Shown: piece by piece, positions 39,201-53,806 of the stretch
Layout of the letters: each line of letters starts with the position of its first letter
Numbering within the stretch: the stretch's first letter is position 1
Origin: Camelus ferus
Taxonomy: Eukaryota
NCBI RefSeq assembly: GCF_009834535.1
Contig: NC_045696.1
Span: 48,052,001-48,116,000 of the forward strand
Length of the DNA: 64,000 nucleotides
Direction of reading: 5' to 3'
Notes under the pieces: model-generated
Told to the model about the DNA's origin: nothing
Databases searched by the model: none
The model's input: the letters and a program-made list of their open reading frames with translations, nothing else
Translations under genes and position numbers: made by a program

Positions 39201-41004
39201 TTAATAACTGATGGATGTGGATGCCTCTGTGATATGAGCCATCACCACCCAAAGGTGTGGCAGGAGCTCCATGGCCCTTTTTCCTGCTCCTCCAGAGTTG
39301 AAGCTGTATCCATCCTTCAGATGCTGCTTGGGGCTACGATTAAAATTAGGCCAGCCCATTTTCATAGTTTTGTTATATAAATACAGTGTAGAGCAAATAA
39401 ACCACAAAAACCTCCTCTGCTTTCACTTGAGTAGCAAAACCGAGCATAAAGGAGAGGCGGGAAGGGAGAAAATGACCACCTACATGACCTCAGATAATCC
39501 TCAGGGCAACTCTGGGAAATAAATATTATGATCCGTGTTTTACATAGGAGCCATCTGAGGCTCACTGGCTCTAAATGACTTGCTCAATTGGGAAATAACA
39601 GAGCCAGGATTTCAAGCGGGTTCTGACTCCAAAGTGTTTGCTTTCTTTGTTAGGTTCCACTATCCCTCAAAAACACTCCAATTTGGGTACACTGTGGATT
39701 AAGTAGTACATTGTGGTTTAGACTGAGAACACATGAAGCATTTATAATACTATTTCTGTAGGGAGAATATATTCCTACTCCTATACAGCAGATTTAAAAA
39801 CTAAATTCTGAGACACAGCCTGTATGACACTCAAGAACTGCCAAATTTGATACTAGAGAGAAAAAAGGCTTGAATTGTGATAATATTTTTACCTACAAAA
39901 TTTTAAGTTTGTGGAGTATATTCTATGCCACATGCAAAATGTTTATTTATTGAGTCAGCAATATTAGCAGCATCAGCAGGTAGGGGAAAGCTGAAATACA
40001 AGATGAATATGCATTCTTGAGATTTGCTTTTTTGGAATATTTTATGCTTATGAATTCATCTTTTGAATAAATGGGTTATGTTTTCAAAGAGTGGAAATGA
40101 GAAAAGATGTTTGACATGGGAAAACGGTAGGGACATTTATTTGAAAAAACTTGAAAGTCAAAGAAATTGAAATTCTTTACATCTTGCACTGAAGCAAAAC
40201 AAGTTACTTACTATCAAGTGGAATTGAGGGCAGTTGTCTTGAGAAGTCTGTTTTCATGTTTTTGCCACAATATTCAAGGCCTGGCTACAGACTATAAGAG
40301 TTGACATTTCACTGAGAAACACATCATGCTGACGTATTTGACTTTTATCTCCAGTGCAGCTTCTTCATTTTTTGCCATGAATTTTGGTCTTCTAGCTGCT
40401 CTGGCTCATAATTTATAAGGAACTTCAGTCAACCTGTAAGGGACCTTAGTCATCCCGTAATCTAATTCCCCATAAATTACCAATAAGGAGAATGAATTGA
40501 AGAAAAATGATTTGCCCCAAAATAAACCATCTAGAACCTTTCGTCCTTTCAAATCTAGAGCTGGCCATGTACCTGAAATGTACCACAATATTCCATTCCA
40601 TACTCTTCAGTAACAATCTCATTTACTGAGTCTGTTTCAAGGATGGAAACTCTAATCACCTCCAGCACAAAGTATTTATTTTGAATTGTAAATTTAAATT
40701 TAAATTATAAAATTATCATATTATTGTAAATAATTCATACCATTCAGAAGAGTATAAAGTAAACATAAAAGTTCCTCCAGCAGTTAAGTTTACTTTCCAG
40801 ATTTTCTATGCATCTACAAATATATATGGATAAATATAAATATCTATACATATATGTATACAAATATATACATATACATATACACACATCTATATTATTC
40901 CACAAATGGGATCTATTATAACAATACTCAACAGCTTGCTTTTTAAACTTTAAAACATGAACATCATTCTTTACCAGTACATAGAGATCTACTCCATTGC
41001 TTTT

Positions 41005-41400
41005 CTTTTTATTTTTTCTTCCAGTTTTATGCCATGTATAATTAACATACAACACTATACAGGTTTAAGGTATACAGCATAATGATTTGACCTACATACA
41101 TCATGAAGTGGCTATCACAAGTCCAGTGAACATTCACCATCTCACGTAAGTACTAAATTAAAGAAACAGAAAAGAAATTTTTTCTTGTGATGAGAATTCC
41201 CAGGACCCACTCTCCCAAAAGCCTTCATGTATAACATACAGCAGTGTTAACTATATTTGACATATTGTACATTATATCTCTGGTACCCACTTATCATATT
41301 ACTGGAAATTTGTACCTTTTGACTGCCTTCATCTAATTCCTTCCCCCATTCTCCCTCCCACTTCTTGTAACCAAATGGCATTATTTCATTCTTCTCTGTC
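41005..41400 (-). mobile_element. L1MA9-like 3' UTR
   Basis: ttccagttttat...gtttaaggtatacagcataatgatttgac...cttgtgatgagaa...actggaaatttgtacctttt. Confidence 0.8.
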
Positions 41401-43157
41401 TGTCTGTACTTTAAATATGATCCCAGGTAATTCCTCTGGGCAGATGAGCCATGAACCACACTGCTCTCTGGTAGTAACTTCAACTACCAACCCCAAACTA
41501 CTTTTTACTGAGCCTGGTGGCACTGTAAGTTTTTTCTTTTTAAATGTCCAATTTCATGTTCTAATCATGACTCCTCCACATTCTGGACCTTATCTGATGA
41601 CTGTGCACATACTGACTCCTGTTCTTTCTTGGGTACGGTTTCGTTTTCTGCCTCTACTCTCCTCCTTAGAATTCCTTTAGTCGCTCACTATTGTGTCCAG
41701 TGCACCTGATTTTCCCTGAATGCAACAGCCTCTCCAGCAATCTCCAGCTGCCCTAGCATGCAGAGTTCCACTTCTGCTTTTTCGGCTGGGTTAAAGCTAT
41801 GGAAACCCTATTAACCTTCTGAGTCCTGTCACTTAGCTCTCCAGATACCACCACATTCAGTCACTCCTCACTTCAAACCTACATTTCTACATCCCAAGGA
41901 ACCTACTGGGACAATAAATACTCCTCCCTAGCCATGACTATGTTAATTTTTACAAGCACATCATAGCACATTTTGAATCCTGTCATTTATTTCTGCAGAT
42001 GCCACCATGTCCAATTATTCTTCATTTTTAAATCTATATAATCTACATTTCAAAGAACTCACTGTTACATCTTTTCCCAGTTCAAGCTATGTTAGTTTTT
42101 ATAAACACATTACCAGTTAAGTTAAAAATAAATTCCCAATAAATATACTTCTTCTTGTCACTCTTGTGGCCCTATATATTGATAAAATTAGGACACAATA
42201 TGTTAAATTTGGTTGTCTGGAATATTTATAAAAATGGCATGTCGTCAGTACATCCACTTTAAGCATATTCCCAACCCTGGGTTTCTGAACTCAGTGTAAT
42301 GAACAGTTTGTATAGAATTGCCTGGTCCTATGTAACATTCCATGTGACCACCAATTATATTCATGGTGAAATCTCGATAAGCCATTCCTACAGCTGTCTA
42401 CTCTGCTTCCCTGGGCTTGAAAGTATTGGTTCCCAGTCTGTACCAGCCTTGAGCTTTCTCTGATCACTTTCCTTTTTCCACATTTTCCTAATTCCCCCAG
42501 CCCAACTTCTATTCCTACTTTATCCTTACACTGAGAGAATATCTGACTTTCCCAAAACAGTCTTCATGAGGGGCTGGGGGAGGGGTATGAAAATGGCTGA
42601 CATCAGTGTGCTAAATAGCAAGGGCATTTGGGCAGGAAGCAGTTCATTATCATCATCACGTATTATCTCACTTTTAGTCCAACTCAGTTCTGTATGAACA
42701 AGGAGGTTAAGCCCGTTGTCCACTGTCATACAGCGTCAACCTGTGAGGACTGTGTCACTTTTCAAGACTGTTTTAGCACCCACTTGGAAATTGTGATTTA
42801 AAAAATTTTTTTCTAAAGGAGTCTTGGAAAATCTTAGCCTCTTCACTGGTTTATAGGAACGTAACTTGTACACCTGTAAAGTGGTGCACTGAACAATTAT
42901 ACCAGATAATGGCCCATTAGCATTCTAACTCCTTCCCTGTGACTGTGACCAGAGCCACTGGACTTTTTAGTAGTCTACCTAAAAGCCTTCATCTTCTCAG
43001 GAGAACTGACAACTGGTACAGTTTCCCTGTTCTGTTTTATTTGCAAATGAACATTAAATCCACCCCAGGTGAAAACGGGTCTAGGGCTTGGCATGTTCTC
43101 TTTCAAAGTTTTCCAATCTATGTCCTAAATCACATCAAAGAAGATATTAGAAAATAG

Positions 43158-43378
43158 CACAAGTTCTTAACCTCCACCAGGGTATTGACATTTGGGTCTG
43201 ATAATTCTTTGTTGTGAGGGACTGTCCTGTGTGTTGTAGGATGTATAACAGCACCCCCAGGCTCTACCCACTAGAAGCCAATAGCAACTTCCCCTCACAC
43301 AGTGTAACAACCAAAAATGTCACTAGACAATGCCAGATGTCCCCCGAGGTGTAAAATTGCTCCTGATTGAGACCCCTG
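43158..43378 (+). mobile_element. MER20 hAT-Charlie element
   Basis: tattgacatttgggtctgataattctttgttgtg...ggctctacccactagaagcc...acaaccaaaaatgtc...ttgagacccctg. Confidence 0.85.
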
Positions 43379-43914
43379 TTTTAGAGAAAGTAAAATTTAA
43401 GCAATGCAATTTCCATCATTACTTAAAAAAAAAGCGTATATTTTATTCATTGATTTATTTCTAAGATAGTTACATGACTTTAGAGAATTAGCGAGAGTTC
43501 ACTCTTGGTCTGAAAGCTAACATAACAAGACAGTTATGAACTTCAAAAAGGAATAGAAATGCTGATGCAAAATAAGGTGCTCCATGCAAATGAGCTGCCA
43601 TCTGAGTTTATCACAGCTGAGAGCCCATTTAATGTTAAGTGCCCATTCAGTAACATATTAAACCAGGTTGTTGGACAATGAATTAACCCGCCTGGAAAGA
43701 CAACATAAGGCATTTGTTTAAGCCAAAGCTATTATCTTTTCCGATATCTAATTTTTAAGGCTAACATTTAGTACTCATCTGATACCATATCTCACCCAGT
43801 GTCTGTGTGTTCAATAAATATCTGATGAAAGAATGCTAGTTTACAGAAAAAAATGGGTGTCTATGTATTTGTGGGTACATGGTGTGTCTCAGGCTTTTGT
43901 CCAGATCCTAAAGT

Positions 43915-44345
43915 ATGTTCTCTCTTGTATTAGGACTCAAATTATGGCCAGCACATCTGCAATCCAGGCATCACTAACCAGACTGTTCGAAATGCATAGT
44001 GTTAGACCTCATCCTAGACCTACTAGATAAGATGACCAGTTTGAACACCAGCCCCAGGTGATTCTTTTGCAAATTAAAGCTTGCTAAACACTGCCCCCAA
44101 ACATTAGTTTCTCAGATTATTAAAAGATATATTCTGGGAAAGGATTCTGTAAAAAACAAGTTTGGGAAAGAGTGGGCTAAATATAGTCAGATGTGCTCTT
44201 ATAAAACAGTACTTCTCAGGATATGCCCGTGTTTAAGTTCTGACTTTCTAAACTGCAAAGTGGTGGGAAATGTTAAGCAGCATTTTCCCAACTTATTTGA
44301 TGATGGGACCATTTTATCATTGACATCACTTTGGAAGATGTTGAT
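43915..44345. mobile_element. Adjacent hAT-Charlie MITEs (MER5-like, then MER112/113-like)
   Basis: gaaatgca...cctagacctactag...ccccaggtgattc; then internal inverted repeat aagtttgggaaa ... ttttcccaacttat. Confidence 0.55.
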
Positions 44346-44744
44346 GTAGTTGTGTGGTAAAAGCATTCATCTCATAATTAAGTGGCAACGGGATCTTAAG
44401 TAAATAAGTTAATCAGATAGCTAATCATGGTTAATGATTACTATACCAAGTGGAAGGACAAAATAGACTTTCCAGAGAAGAAAAAAAATATAATAAAACA
44501 AAACAAAAAATAGCAATAAAACATCACCCTTTAAAGTACTAACTACTCAAAATTTTACACTATTAACAAAATAAAGCAGCAATTATAAGAAATAGTTGAC
44601 TCAGAGCATCTAACATAAAATTTTTTGGGGGGAGTGAAATTTTCTGAAGTCAGTTTCAAGATATTTTTGCATAAATGTAGTTCTTGCTGTTTATGAACTT
44701 TTGAGCATGAGAAAGATTTAGACAAAATTAGCAACTAAAAAATC

Positions 44745-45380
44745 TTTTTAAAAAGCACTTTATCAAGGTATGATTGAAACTATGAAAAGCTGTACGTATT
44801 TGATATATACAACTTGTTGAGTTCGGAGCTAATTCCTGTGAAACTATCACTACAATCTGTGCTATAAACATACCCATTAGCTTCAAAAGTTTCTTCTTGC
44901 CTGACTTCTTAAAAATAAATAACTTTATGTTGACTAAAAGTATAACAAGCTTATCATGGGTAGTGTGTACATTACATAGTAGTACAAAAAGGAAATTATG
45001 TAATCTTACTATTCATAGAGGAGCACAGATGCCATTTTAATTTATTCCCTTTTAGCCCTCTTTTCTGTACTTTTATGTACATGAAATGCTAAAAAAAAAG
45101 TATATACTTTTTGTATTTTACTTTTTTTCATTTAAAATTATACCATGAAAATTCTCTAAGGTATTAAAAGTTACTTGAAAATACGTTTCGGAAAGAATGA
45201 ATTATATCCCAGTAGATGATTTTGCCATAATCTACAAATTCATCTTTTAATGAGAGATATTTAGGTTGTCTTTACAATTTTATTCTTACAAATAATGCTC
45301 AGAGAAAGTCCTTATTAGAGTAGAATTCTAATTATTTTCTTAGAGTAAATTCCTAGAAATGCGATTACTGCTTCAAAGGG
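44745..45380 (-). mobile_element. L1 3' UTR fragments (L1MA/MB tip and older L1ME-like)
   Basis: ctttatcaaggtatgattga...aaagctgtacgtattt; atttaggttgtctttacaatttt...taaattcctagaaatg. Confidence 0.6.
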
Positions 45381-47126
45381 GATTTTCAATTTTATTATTT
45401 AAAGCAAAAGTAATATTTGACTTGTAAGTATTCACTTTATGTGCATAGGAAGTGTGCTTTCATAATGAGATTTTTTTTGTGTGTTGAATTCATATTCTTC
45501 ACTGTTCTCAAAAAACTCTGATTTATTAGTTTTATGGCAGGAGCACCTGGCCTGCTGGTTGACTCCATCACAATGATTGACTGTGATCAAATGACATTCT
45601 GTAATTCATGTTCAGTTGATAGATATATAATTATTCAAATAAAAGAAAATTAATGGTTCAGAATCCACCAAAAGCCATTCTTCTTCAGTGAAATCTTGGA
45701 AAGTTCCCCAGCAGTCTCCTAATTTCATATATGCACAGTGTGACTGACATGCGTTTTCTTGTCATTGTTCAATCACATCAGTCTTTTTTGTTTAATGAGA
45801 GATTTTACATGGAGAAAAAAGTCTGTGATTAAATATTCTGAATGAATAATATTAACCGTATGAGCATATGTGTATACATGAGAGTAGGTTATGTGCATTT
45901 AGACACAGGAATATCTGGTATAAATAGTGAGATCTTTCACAGTTGTTCATACTCTGTGAACTTGACTCTATAAAAATGTGTCTAAGGAAGTTACAGGCTT
46001 GGCTGTAGGGCTTTAGGCAGCAAAGAAGAAATTGAATTTGCCCCTAACAGGCTATTTACTTGCAATTGCGAGGTATGAGGGTAGATGATTAGGGTCATGA
46101 TGTTCAGGTTTACTCTCTTTCCTTGGATATCACTTCTGAGAACAGCTCAACTGAGAGCAGCAGGTGAAGAATGAGCTTGTCAAAAATCATTTTGTGAGGC
46201 TATTTTGTTACAAGCCTTAAGGTGTGAAAAACCCATGGAATGTTGCACCCAGGACTTGGCACATAGTAGGCACTGGAACATTTGATTTTGATTTGTCCTG
46301 CCATGGTTTAACTACAGAAATAAAGGCCTAGGGAGTGGGTGAATTTCTTATGCACTGGAATGGTAAACCAGTATTAATTTAAAAGAGTAGCTTGGTGTAA
46401 ATCTCTGAAGTTCAAAAAGTATGGATTTGCAGTTCTTGCCCTTGGCTTTGTGTAGTTTAATTAAATTCTTAACCTGCCTGGAGGGTTGACTTTTTTTGTA
46501 GCTACAGTTCTTAAAGGGTGTGACTGTTCTTTAGAAATGGCTCTTTCAGAATACAATAACTTTTAATTACGCTTGAACTCTAATCTGATCAAACTAACAA
46601 AGAAACAAAAATCTAAGGATGTTATAAATGATCTGTAGTTTAGTTTTTTAAAACTAATGAAATAATTTTCATAGAAAATTTGGAATCAATTTTTATCCAC
46701 TCTCCTCATTTCTAATGCCTCTGCAGAAAACCTTGCCTGAGTAATTTGAGGTATTCTAGGAATAAAAGAGAGAACTAATCTCATCAAGGCCAACCCCATT
46801 CATATCACATCTTTTTGACAAGTCTGGACCTATGTTTGTATGTGCATGTGGCAAAGATTCCCTTTGAGAAGGGAATAGATTATGACGACTTTCAAAAACC
46901 TTGTGTTTTCTTAGAAGGTAACAGATTACTTAGTTAAACTGGAAGTATAAGAATTTCTAATAAAATTATTTAGAATGCCCGAAGTATATTTTCAGCATAA
47001 AGCTGTATGATTTGGGTTGTTAATAACAGAACACTCGGAAATCTAGTATTTTAATTGTCCTTATTTGTCTTAACAGTCCTACTAATTGTACTTTGAAGAC
47101 ATCACTCATTAACAGCATATATATGT

Positions 47127-47150
<24 letters not shown>
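47127..47150. repeat. (AC)12 microsatellite
   Basis: read directly. Confidence 0.95.
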
Positions 47151-47157
<7 letters not shown>

Positions 47158-47639
47158 GTGATTTTTAGTCAATGGGGATTAGTGTTTACATGACACCATT
47201 GTAACCAACTTTGCTTCTAATTATTTGTTTCTAATTGGAGGTAATAGAAACTGATGCTTTTACTCATCGTATCTTTTCTAAAAAGTATATGTTTTCTTCT
47301 TCTTCTGTACCAGTACCTCTTCCGCACTCTTCTCACTGAGGACATTTAATACCCTTGTTTCTAATGGTCATGGTGTTCCCTTAAAGCTGGCTCAGTTGTG
47401 CAGATTCCAATTTCTTGTACCCCTTAATGATATGAATTCCACATATTAACTTTATCAGAGGTTTTCTAAGACAATTTTCTTAACTACCTGGAGTTGACTG
47501 GGGTGGTGGACCTTGCTATTTGTGTCTGCTTCTATTTTTATTCTTGAGGGATGATATTACAGCTTTAGAGGCTAAGACTTGATTTTACTTTGGTACTCAG
47601 CATCTATTTAGAGCTCAATAAATTGTGTGCTCAATAAAT

Positions 47640-48030
47640 TTGTCATTCATGACATTACACACGCAAGCACATTTCCAACTCAGAGCCTTTACTCTTGAAA
47701 TTCTCTCTGCTCAGAATGTTTCATCTTTATGTATTCCCGTGGCTCATTTTCTCATTTTATTCAGATTTCTGCTGAAATATCACCTTCAAAAAGGAGCTGT
47801 CCTAAAACCTCAAATCTTAAATAGCACTCAAACATAAATGCACACATACTCTCATCACTCCTTTGCTTTCTGGTTTTCTAGTAGGATTTACCCTAAATAT
47901 CATTTGTTTATTTATTGTTTCTCTCATTAGCATGTGAGCTACCTTAAGGAAAGATGTGTTCATTGCTAGCATGTTAAAGAGGTCTAGCATATTGTAATCA
48001 TTTGATAAATATTAGTTCAATGAGTGAGGA
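47640..48030 (+). mobile_element. L2 3' fragment
   Basis: ctcagagcctttactcttgaaattctctctgctcagaatg...tttattcagatttctgctgaaatatcacctt. Confidence 0.65.
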
Positions 48031-49079
48031 AATTGTTTGATTAATTCCTCTTCTCTTTTCAAACACATACAGCCAGATACTGGACTATCATTTCATGAAA
48101 ATTAGAGACAGAGTCTTTCCAGTTTATCTTTGTATCCAGGCAGTCAGTGTTCAAAATAGTTGTTGAATGACTGAATGAATGTTATATGTGTGACTAGCCA
48201 GTTGCTTTGCAGGCATATTTTGTGCACTGTTTGTGCTTACAGCCTACCAGGTAGTTTCTTTTAATCATACTCTACTAAAAGGAAGTAATTTCCATGCTTT
48301 GCATCCATTCTTATTTTTATGTTACCATGAAATTTTAGGGAGCAGAAACTACAAAATTGTCACACTTTAGTTAATCACACTTCAGTGATTTACTTCACAT
48401 TTTCTTCTTGTCCTTTATTACCCTGAAAATGATAATGAGATTTACAGCTTGTGTTCAACTTTCAACCCCCAACTCCACATCCTTCTTCCCTTTCCCACTC
48501 CTGACTCTGATTTGGATTCTTACAAAACCTTATTTGCTCTGCTCCTAAGACCCTTCTCCAATGCATCTACTTTCAGGGTCAGCTGCCAGAGGGTGAACAT
48601 TTTTCTGTCAAAGAACAGGAAGCCCTGAAGCGCTCCAGGTGGCTACAGAGGCACATGAAAAGAGACAATATAGCAGACTAAAGAAGAAAAAGGTCCATGA
48701 AATTTTTACTTAGTAAGCTTCCATTCTTATTCTCAATTCTCATCCTACAGCTGCATTAGAAATGAATTTTAGGGTTTTAGGCGGCTGCAACCTGAAATTG
48801 AGAACTTTTCCAAACTGACGCTTTGTTGTTGTTGTTGCTGTTGTTACCGTATTCTTGATTGTTCAAATTTAACAATTTAACAGTTTTAGTTGGATGTACC
48901 ATCTACATTGATATCTTGGGTGTTTACAGTTTTAAATAATGGATATACAGAAATTTGATATTGGCAGTTGAGACTAGCTAGCACAAAAATGTGTGTATTT
49001 TTTAATGGTAATGTTATTTGTAAATTTTAATTCTGCTAGAAGGCGTTAGGAGGGAGAGTGGGATAGGGGAGAGGGTGGG

Positions 49080-49756
<677 letters not shown>

Positions 49757-50352
49757 TCAGCATACCTCTCCTAAGTGAGTCTTTGTGGAGACATTTTACT
49801 AGAGAGGAATGAGAGTATAGCCAGTACATCCAACTGGCTTGAAATTGTAATTTCAGCCAATTGAATGTAATTCTGAAAAAGAACAGTGTATGCTTTAGAT
49901 TGTCAGCCAAATTAGAATATTAAGTTAGTGACGTAACATATTTGCGTATTTAAAATTAATGTCCTAATGTATGAAATTTACGCACGTTTAAGAACTAAGA
50001 ATAATATGAGCCTTATAAAAAGTCACTTAACCCAGAATATAGCTAATAGATTTAAAAAGATCAAGATTATCATTATGTTTGTAATTAAAAAAAGAAAACT
50101 AGTTTGTTAATGACGATTTTAAGGCTAGATATTTGTAATGAAGACCTAGCTTTAACAATAATAGATTAACACTTAAACACACCTTTTCCCACTTAGAGTA
50201 TGAAATATGCTGTCAGACGTAGACTCAGAGTGTATTAATATTAATACCTTTCACCATGAAAGAAAATTTGTCTGAATTACTGAAAGTTATGTAGAATTCC
50301 CTTGAGAATTTTGAAATTTTATTTCATTAATAAATTCTTTGATTTTTCTTAG

Positions 50353-50440
50353 GGAAAGCCATTGTTTGAATGCCTACAATGGAATAGCCTGGCCTCTGAT
50401 AACCAGGTGTACAAGATATGCTCTTCAGGCCACAATTCAG
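50353..50440 (+). ncRNA. Candidate internal exon (88 nt)
   Basis: Acceptor ttctttgatttttcttAG|G and donor CAG|GTATGA; unique sequence ~850 nt after the island donor. Confidence 0.35.
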
Positions 50441-50659
50441 GTATGAAGGATATTTGTGTGTGTGTGTGTGTGTGTATGCACATTTATAGTTATTTTTTGT
50501 TTGTCTTACTTCAATTCTTTATTCTATATATAATTTTTAATAATTCTATTTATAACTCTTCTGTATTTTATACCTTGATTTTATATTTATTTTTAGTCTG
50601 CCATTCTGGCAAGGTGGAAGAAATGTAATCCCAGTCAATTAGAGAAATATTTACCAAAG

Positions 50660-51248
50660 ATTAAGAGGTACAAACTTCCAGTTGAAAAATAAATGAATCA
50701 TGGGAATGAAATGTACAGTGTGGGGAATACAGTCAATAATAATGTAGTATCTTTGTGACAGATGACAACTAGACTTATCACAGTGATCACTTTGTAATAC
50801 CTGGAAATATCGAATTGCTATGTTGTGCACCAGGAACTAGCATAGTGTTGTAGGTCAATTATACTTCAAAAAAATCCCCCAAAACAAACAAGCTCATAGC
50901 CCAGAAGGAGGGGATGGGAGGAGGGGGACTAGATGAAGGTGATGGAAAGATACAAACTTCAAGTTATAAGATAAACAAGTAATAGGGATATAATGTACAA
51001 CATGATTAATATAATTAACACTGCTGTATGTTATATATGAATGTTGTTAAGAGAGTAAATGCTAAGATTTACTCACAAGGAAAATTATTATTTCTTCTTT
51101 TATTTTGTATTTATATAAGGTGATGGATATTCACTAAACATTGTGGTAATCATTTGATGATGTATGTCAGTGAAATCATTGTATACCTTAAACTTATACA
51201 GTGCTGTATGTCTTATTATATCCCAATAAAACTAGAAAAAGAAAGAAA
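50660..51248 (+). mobile_element. L1MA9-like 3' UTR
   Basis: gaggtacaaacttccagtt...acaaacttcaagttataagataaa...aaacttatacagtgctgtatgtc...caataaaactagaaaaa. Confidence 0.85.
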
Positions 51249-52059
51249 CCTCTCTACTCCCTCTTAGCAGCGTGGACTCTTCATGTTGTTTGACCTCACA
51301 ATGTCTGCCTCGATGTCCATCTTCCTATCTGGTCCTTAGTCCACACAGGTTATCTCTGACACATCTCTCTCTCCTGTCTGGTTGGCCCCCTCAGTGGTCT
51401 GTGTGGAGTAATTGCTGTGTTGAAGCACTCAAGTCACCATCGTGCTGACGCCCATCTGCCTAGATTTTCTATGCATCTTTTTCTCCCTGGAATCTTGGTG
51501 GCTCTCCAGAGATTTGTTTAGATGTAGGACACAGGGCCCAGAAATCCAGTCCCATGCCACCCTCCTCACCCCTTGGATGTGTGTCACTCATTCCTTCACT
51601 CTCATCATTTCCCCTCCAATTCTTTATTTCTTTAATGGAGGAATCTTTTCTGTCTAGGGACCAGAGGCAGAATTCTCTGTTATTGTTTTGTGAAGTTTTG
51701 AGGTTAGGAGAAGTCTTTTCAGTTCACCAGCTCCCAGCAGGACCATAGGCTTTTGGAAAGCAGAGGTGGGAGAGGCTTTTTGTTTAGCTCCACGGCATCG
51801 CTCGCACAGCACAGCAGTTCTGCTAGTCATTGTGGAGGAAGACAGCACTGGGGGTGGGGTGGGAGACTGAAACAGAAGAAAAGCCTGACGTAGTATTTCA
51901 GGTGTCTTATTCTACTCAAAGGCAGTAACGTGATGAAGGTCCTGGATCTGAGACTGACTTGACCCAGTTCGTGTCCCCCGGTGTATAAAGTCTGTAGCAG
52001 TCCAGGGGCCACCTCTGCACCCTTAGGGATTCTGTCACAGATGAAGATTAGTAAGATCA

Positions 52060-53136
52060 GCAGTCATTAGGGGAGGAAGCAAGGATATGACAGCATAAAT
52101 CAGCAAAAATTTCCGAAAATGACTAAGGAAATTCTCAGCCAAACTGCCCTACTAACCTTACCTCTCATTATTCTGGGCCTCTTGCTTGGCCCCTATATTT
52201 TTGTAAAAATTGTAAAAGTAAGTTTTTTAAAACCATAATCATATATCCCATTTTCTTCTCCAACAGGTGGCATTAGAGTGGCTGCAGGCTTTGTGGGGTC
52301 TAGCCAAGGGGAAGCTGAGTTGGGATACAGTTGACATTTGTGGGATGGAAGAGCAGGGAAAGGTATCAGGGGACAATTTGTGTGTCCCACAGTTCTTGAA
52401 ACAGGAATTAAACTATGAGGGTAATAGGGGAAGAAACAATGTTTAATGTGTAAAGCACCAGAAGCTAATCTGTGGAAAACTATTTTAATCACCAGATGTA
52501 TAAAATTATAGTGGGAGGATGCGGTTTCCATTGACACAATTGAAACAGAAATGCTGTCTTATCAGGATATACTTGATAATATATCATATAACAATTACAT
52601 AATGAAAAGCCCATCTTCTATTTTGATGGGAGTTATGTAAAATAGAATTATCATATTTTCTGTGTTGTAGCACAAAAACTTCTAATGTATTACAAAAATT
52701 TACATGACGTTACCGATAATGCATTGTGAAGCTGAAAGAAATATTTCTAAATCACTGATAATAATGAAAAAGCTCCACAAATTTTGATCAACCACATCAG
52801 AGGAAAAACTGAATTAGCACTTTTTTTCATATAGAAAATATTATCAAATAATACAAAATAATTTTCAAGTTAGAGTATGCAGCCAAAAAATATAGTAAAG
52901 AAGAACTTATAGAATGTATCTGGAAGTTAATTAACAAAAAGAGTATGGCATTTTCCTGAGTTTGTGATGTTTTTGATTGTCAGCTTTGTAAGATTTATAA
53001 TTTATTTCTCCATTCTAAATAAGTATTAATTTGTATCTAATTTTGTATTCACTGATTTTGTGTGTTTTATTAATTTTTTTTTTAATGAAGGAAGGCCATG
53101 AAAAATTTCAGGTCCAAAGTTTTTGAATTGGCCCAG
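52060..53136 (+). mobile_element. hAT-Tip100 (Arthur1-like) DNA transposon fossil with transposase C-terminal remnant
   Basis: 52695-52769 translates KIYMTLPIMHCEAERNISKSLIIMK, resembling the hAT dimerisation motif (TLP...EAERxFS); boundaries approximate. Confidence 0.7.
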
Positions 53137-53169
53137 ATAAACTGATATTTCTGTGTATTAAACTGTTCA

Positions 53170-53315
53170 CATGTTTATTTTCTGTCACCTCTCACATAAT
53201 GCATCCTCTGTATGTGTAGAAACTTTGTTTTGTCCCCCACTGTATCTCCAGCACATGGAACAATGATAGCACACTGAAGGCACTTGATAAATATTTACTG
53301 AATGAATGGATGAAT
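53170..53315 (+). mobile_element. L2 3' end
   Basis: cactgtatctccagcacatggaaca...ggcacttgataaatatttactgaatgaatg. Confidence 0.75.
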
Positions 53316-53806
53316 TATACCATTGACCTCAAAGGATGGGTTATTGCTATTTCTTCACTTATCTTGGTGGCTCTTACTGATGGCTTATGCTATGAATTTG
53401 AACTAGCCTGCTTCCATTAAACATAATCAATTAAACATAATAAGGGCATTTTTGTGCTGTTTTCAGAAACAACCAATTAGTATGTATTTAAAAGAAAAAA
53501 GTGACAAAAACAACAAGTGGTCGTTAACTCAATTCTTGCTTCCCCTCACATCATCGTTATGCAGACAAAACAATGTACTCATCAAACCTGTTTAGTGCTC
53601 AAATTAGTTATAATCAAATTCGGTAGAAATTAGCCAAGACCATCAATTATTTCTTCCAGTGTTTATTGTGTATCTGTTACGTATATATAGCACAGAACCA
53701 GACATTTGGTGAGATAGGAAATAACTTTATTTTATTTACATAAGCCTTTATTTCTTCTTTAAGAGCAGTAATAGTGTCATCTATGTCCTGCATACCACAT
53801 GTTCAG

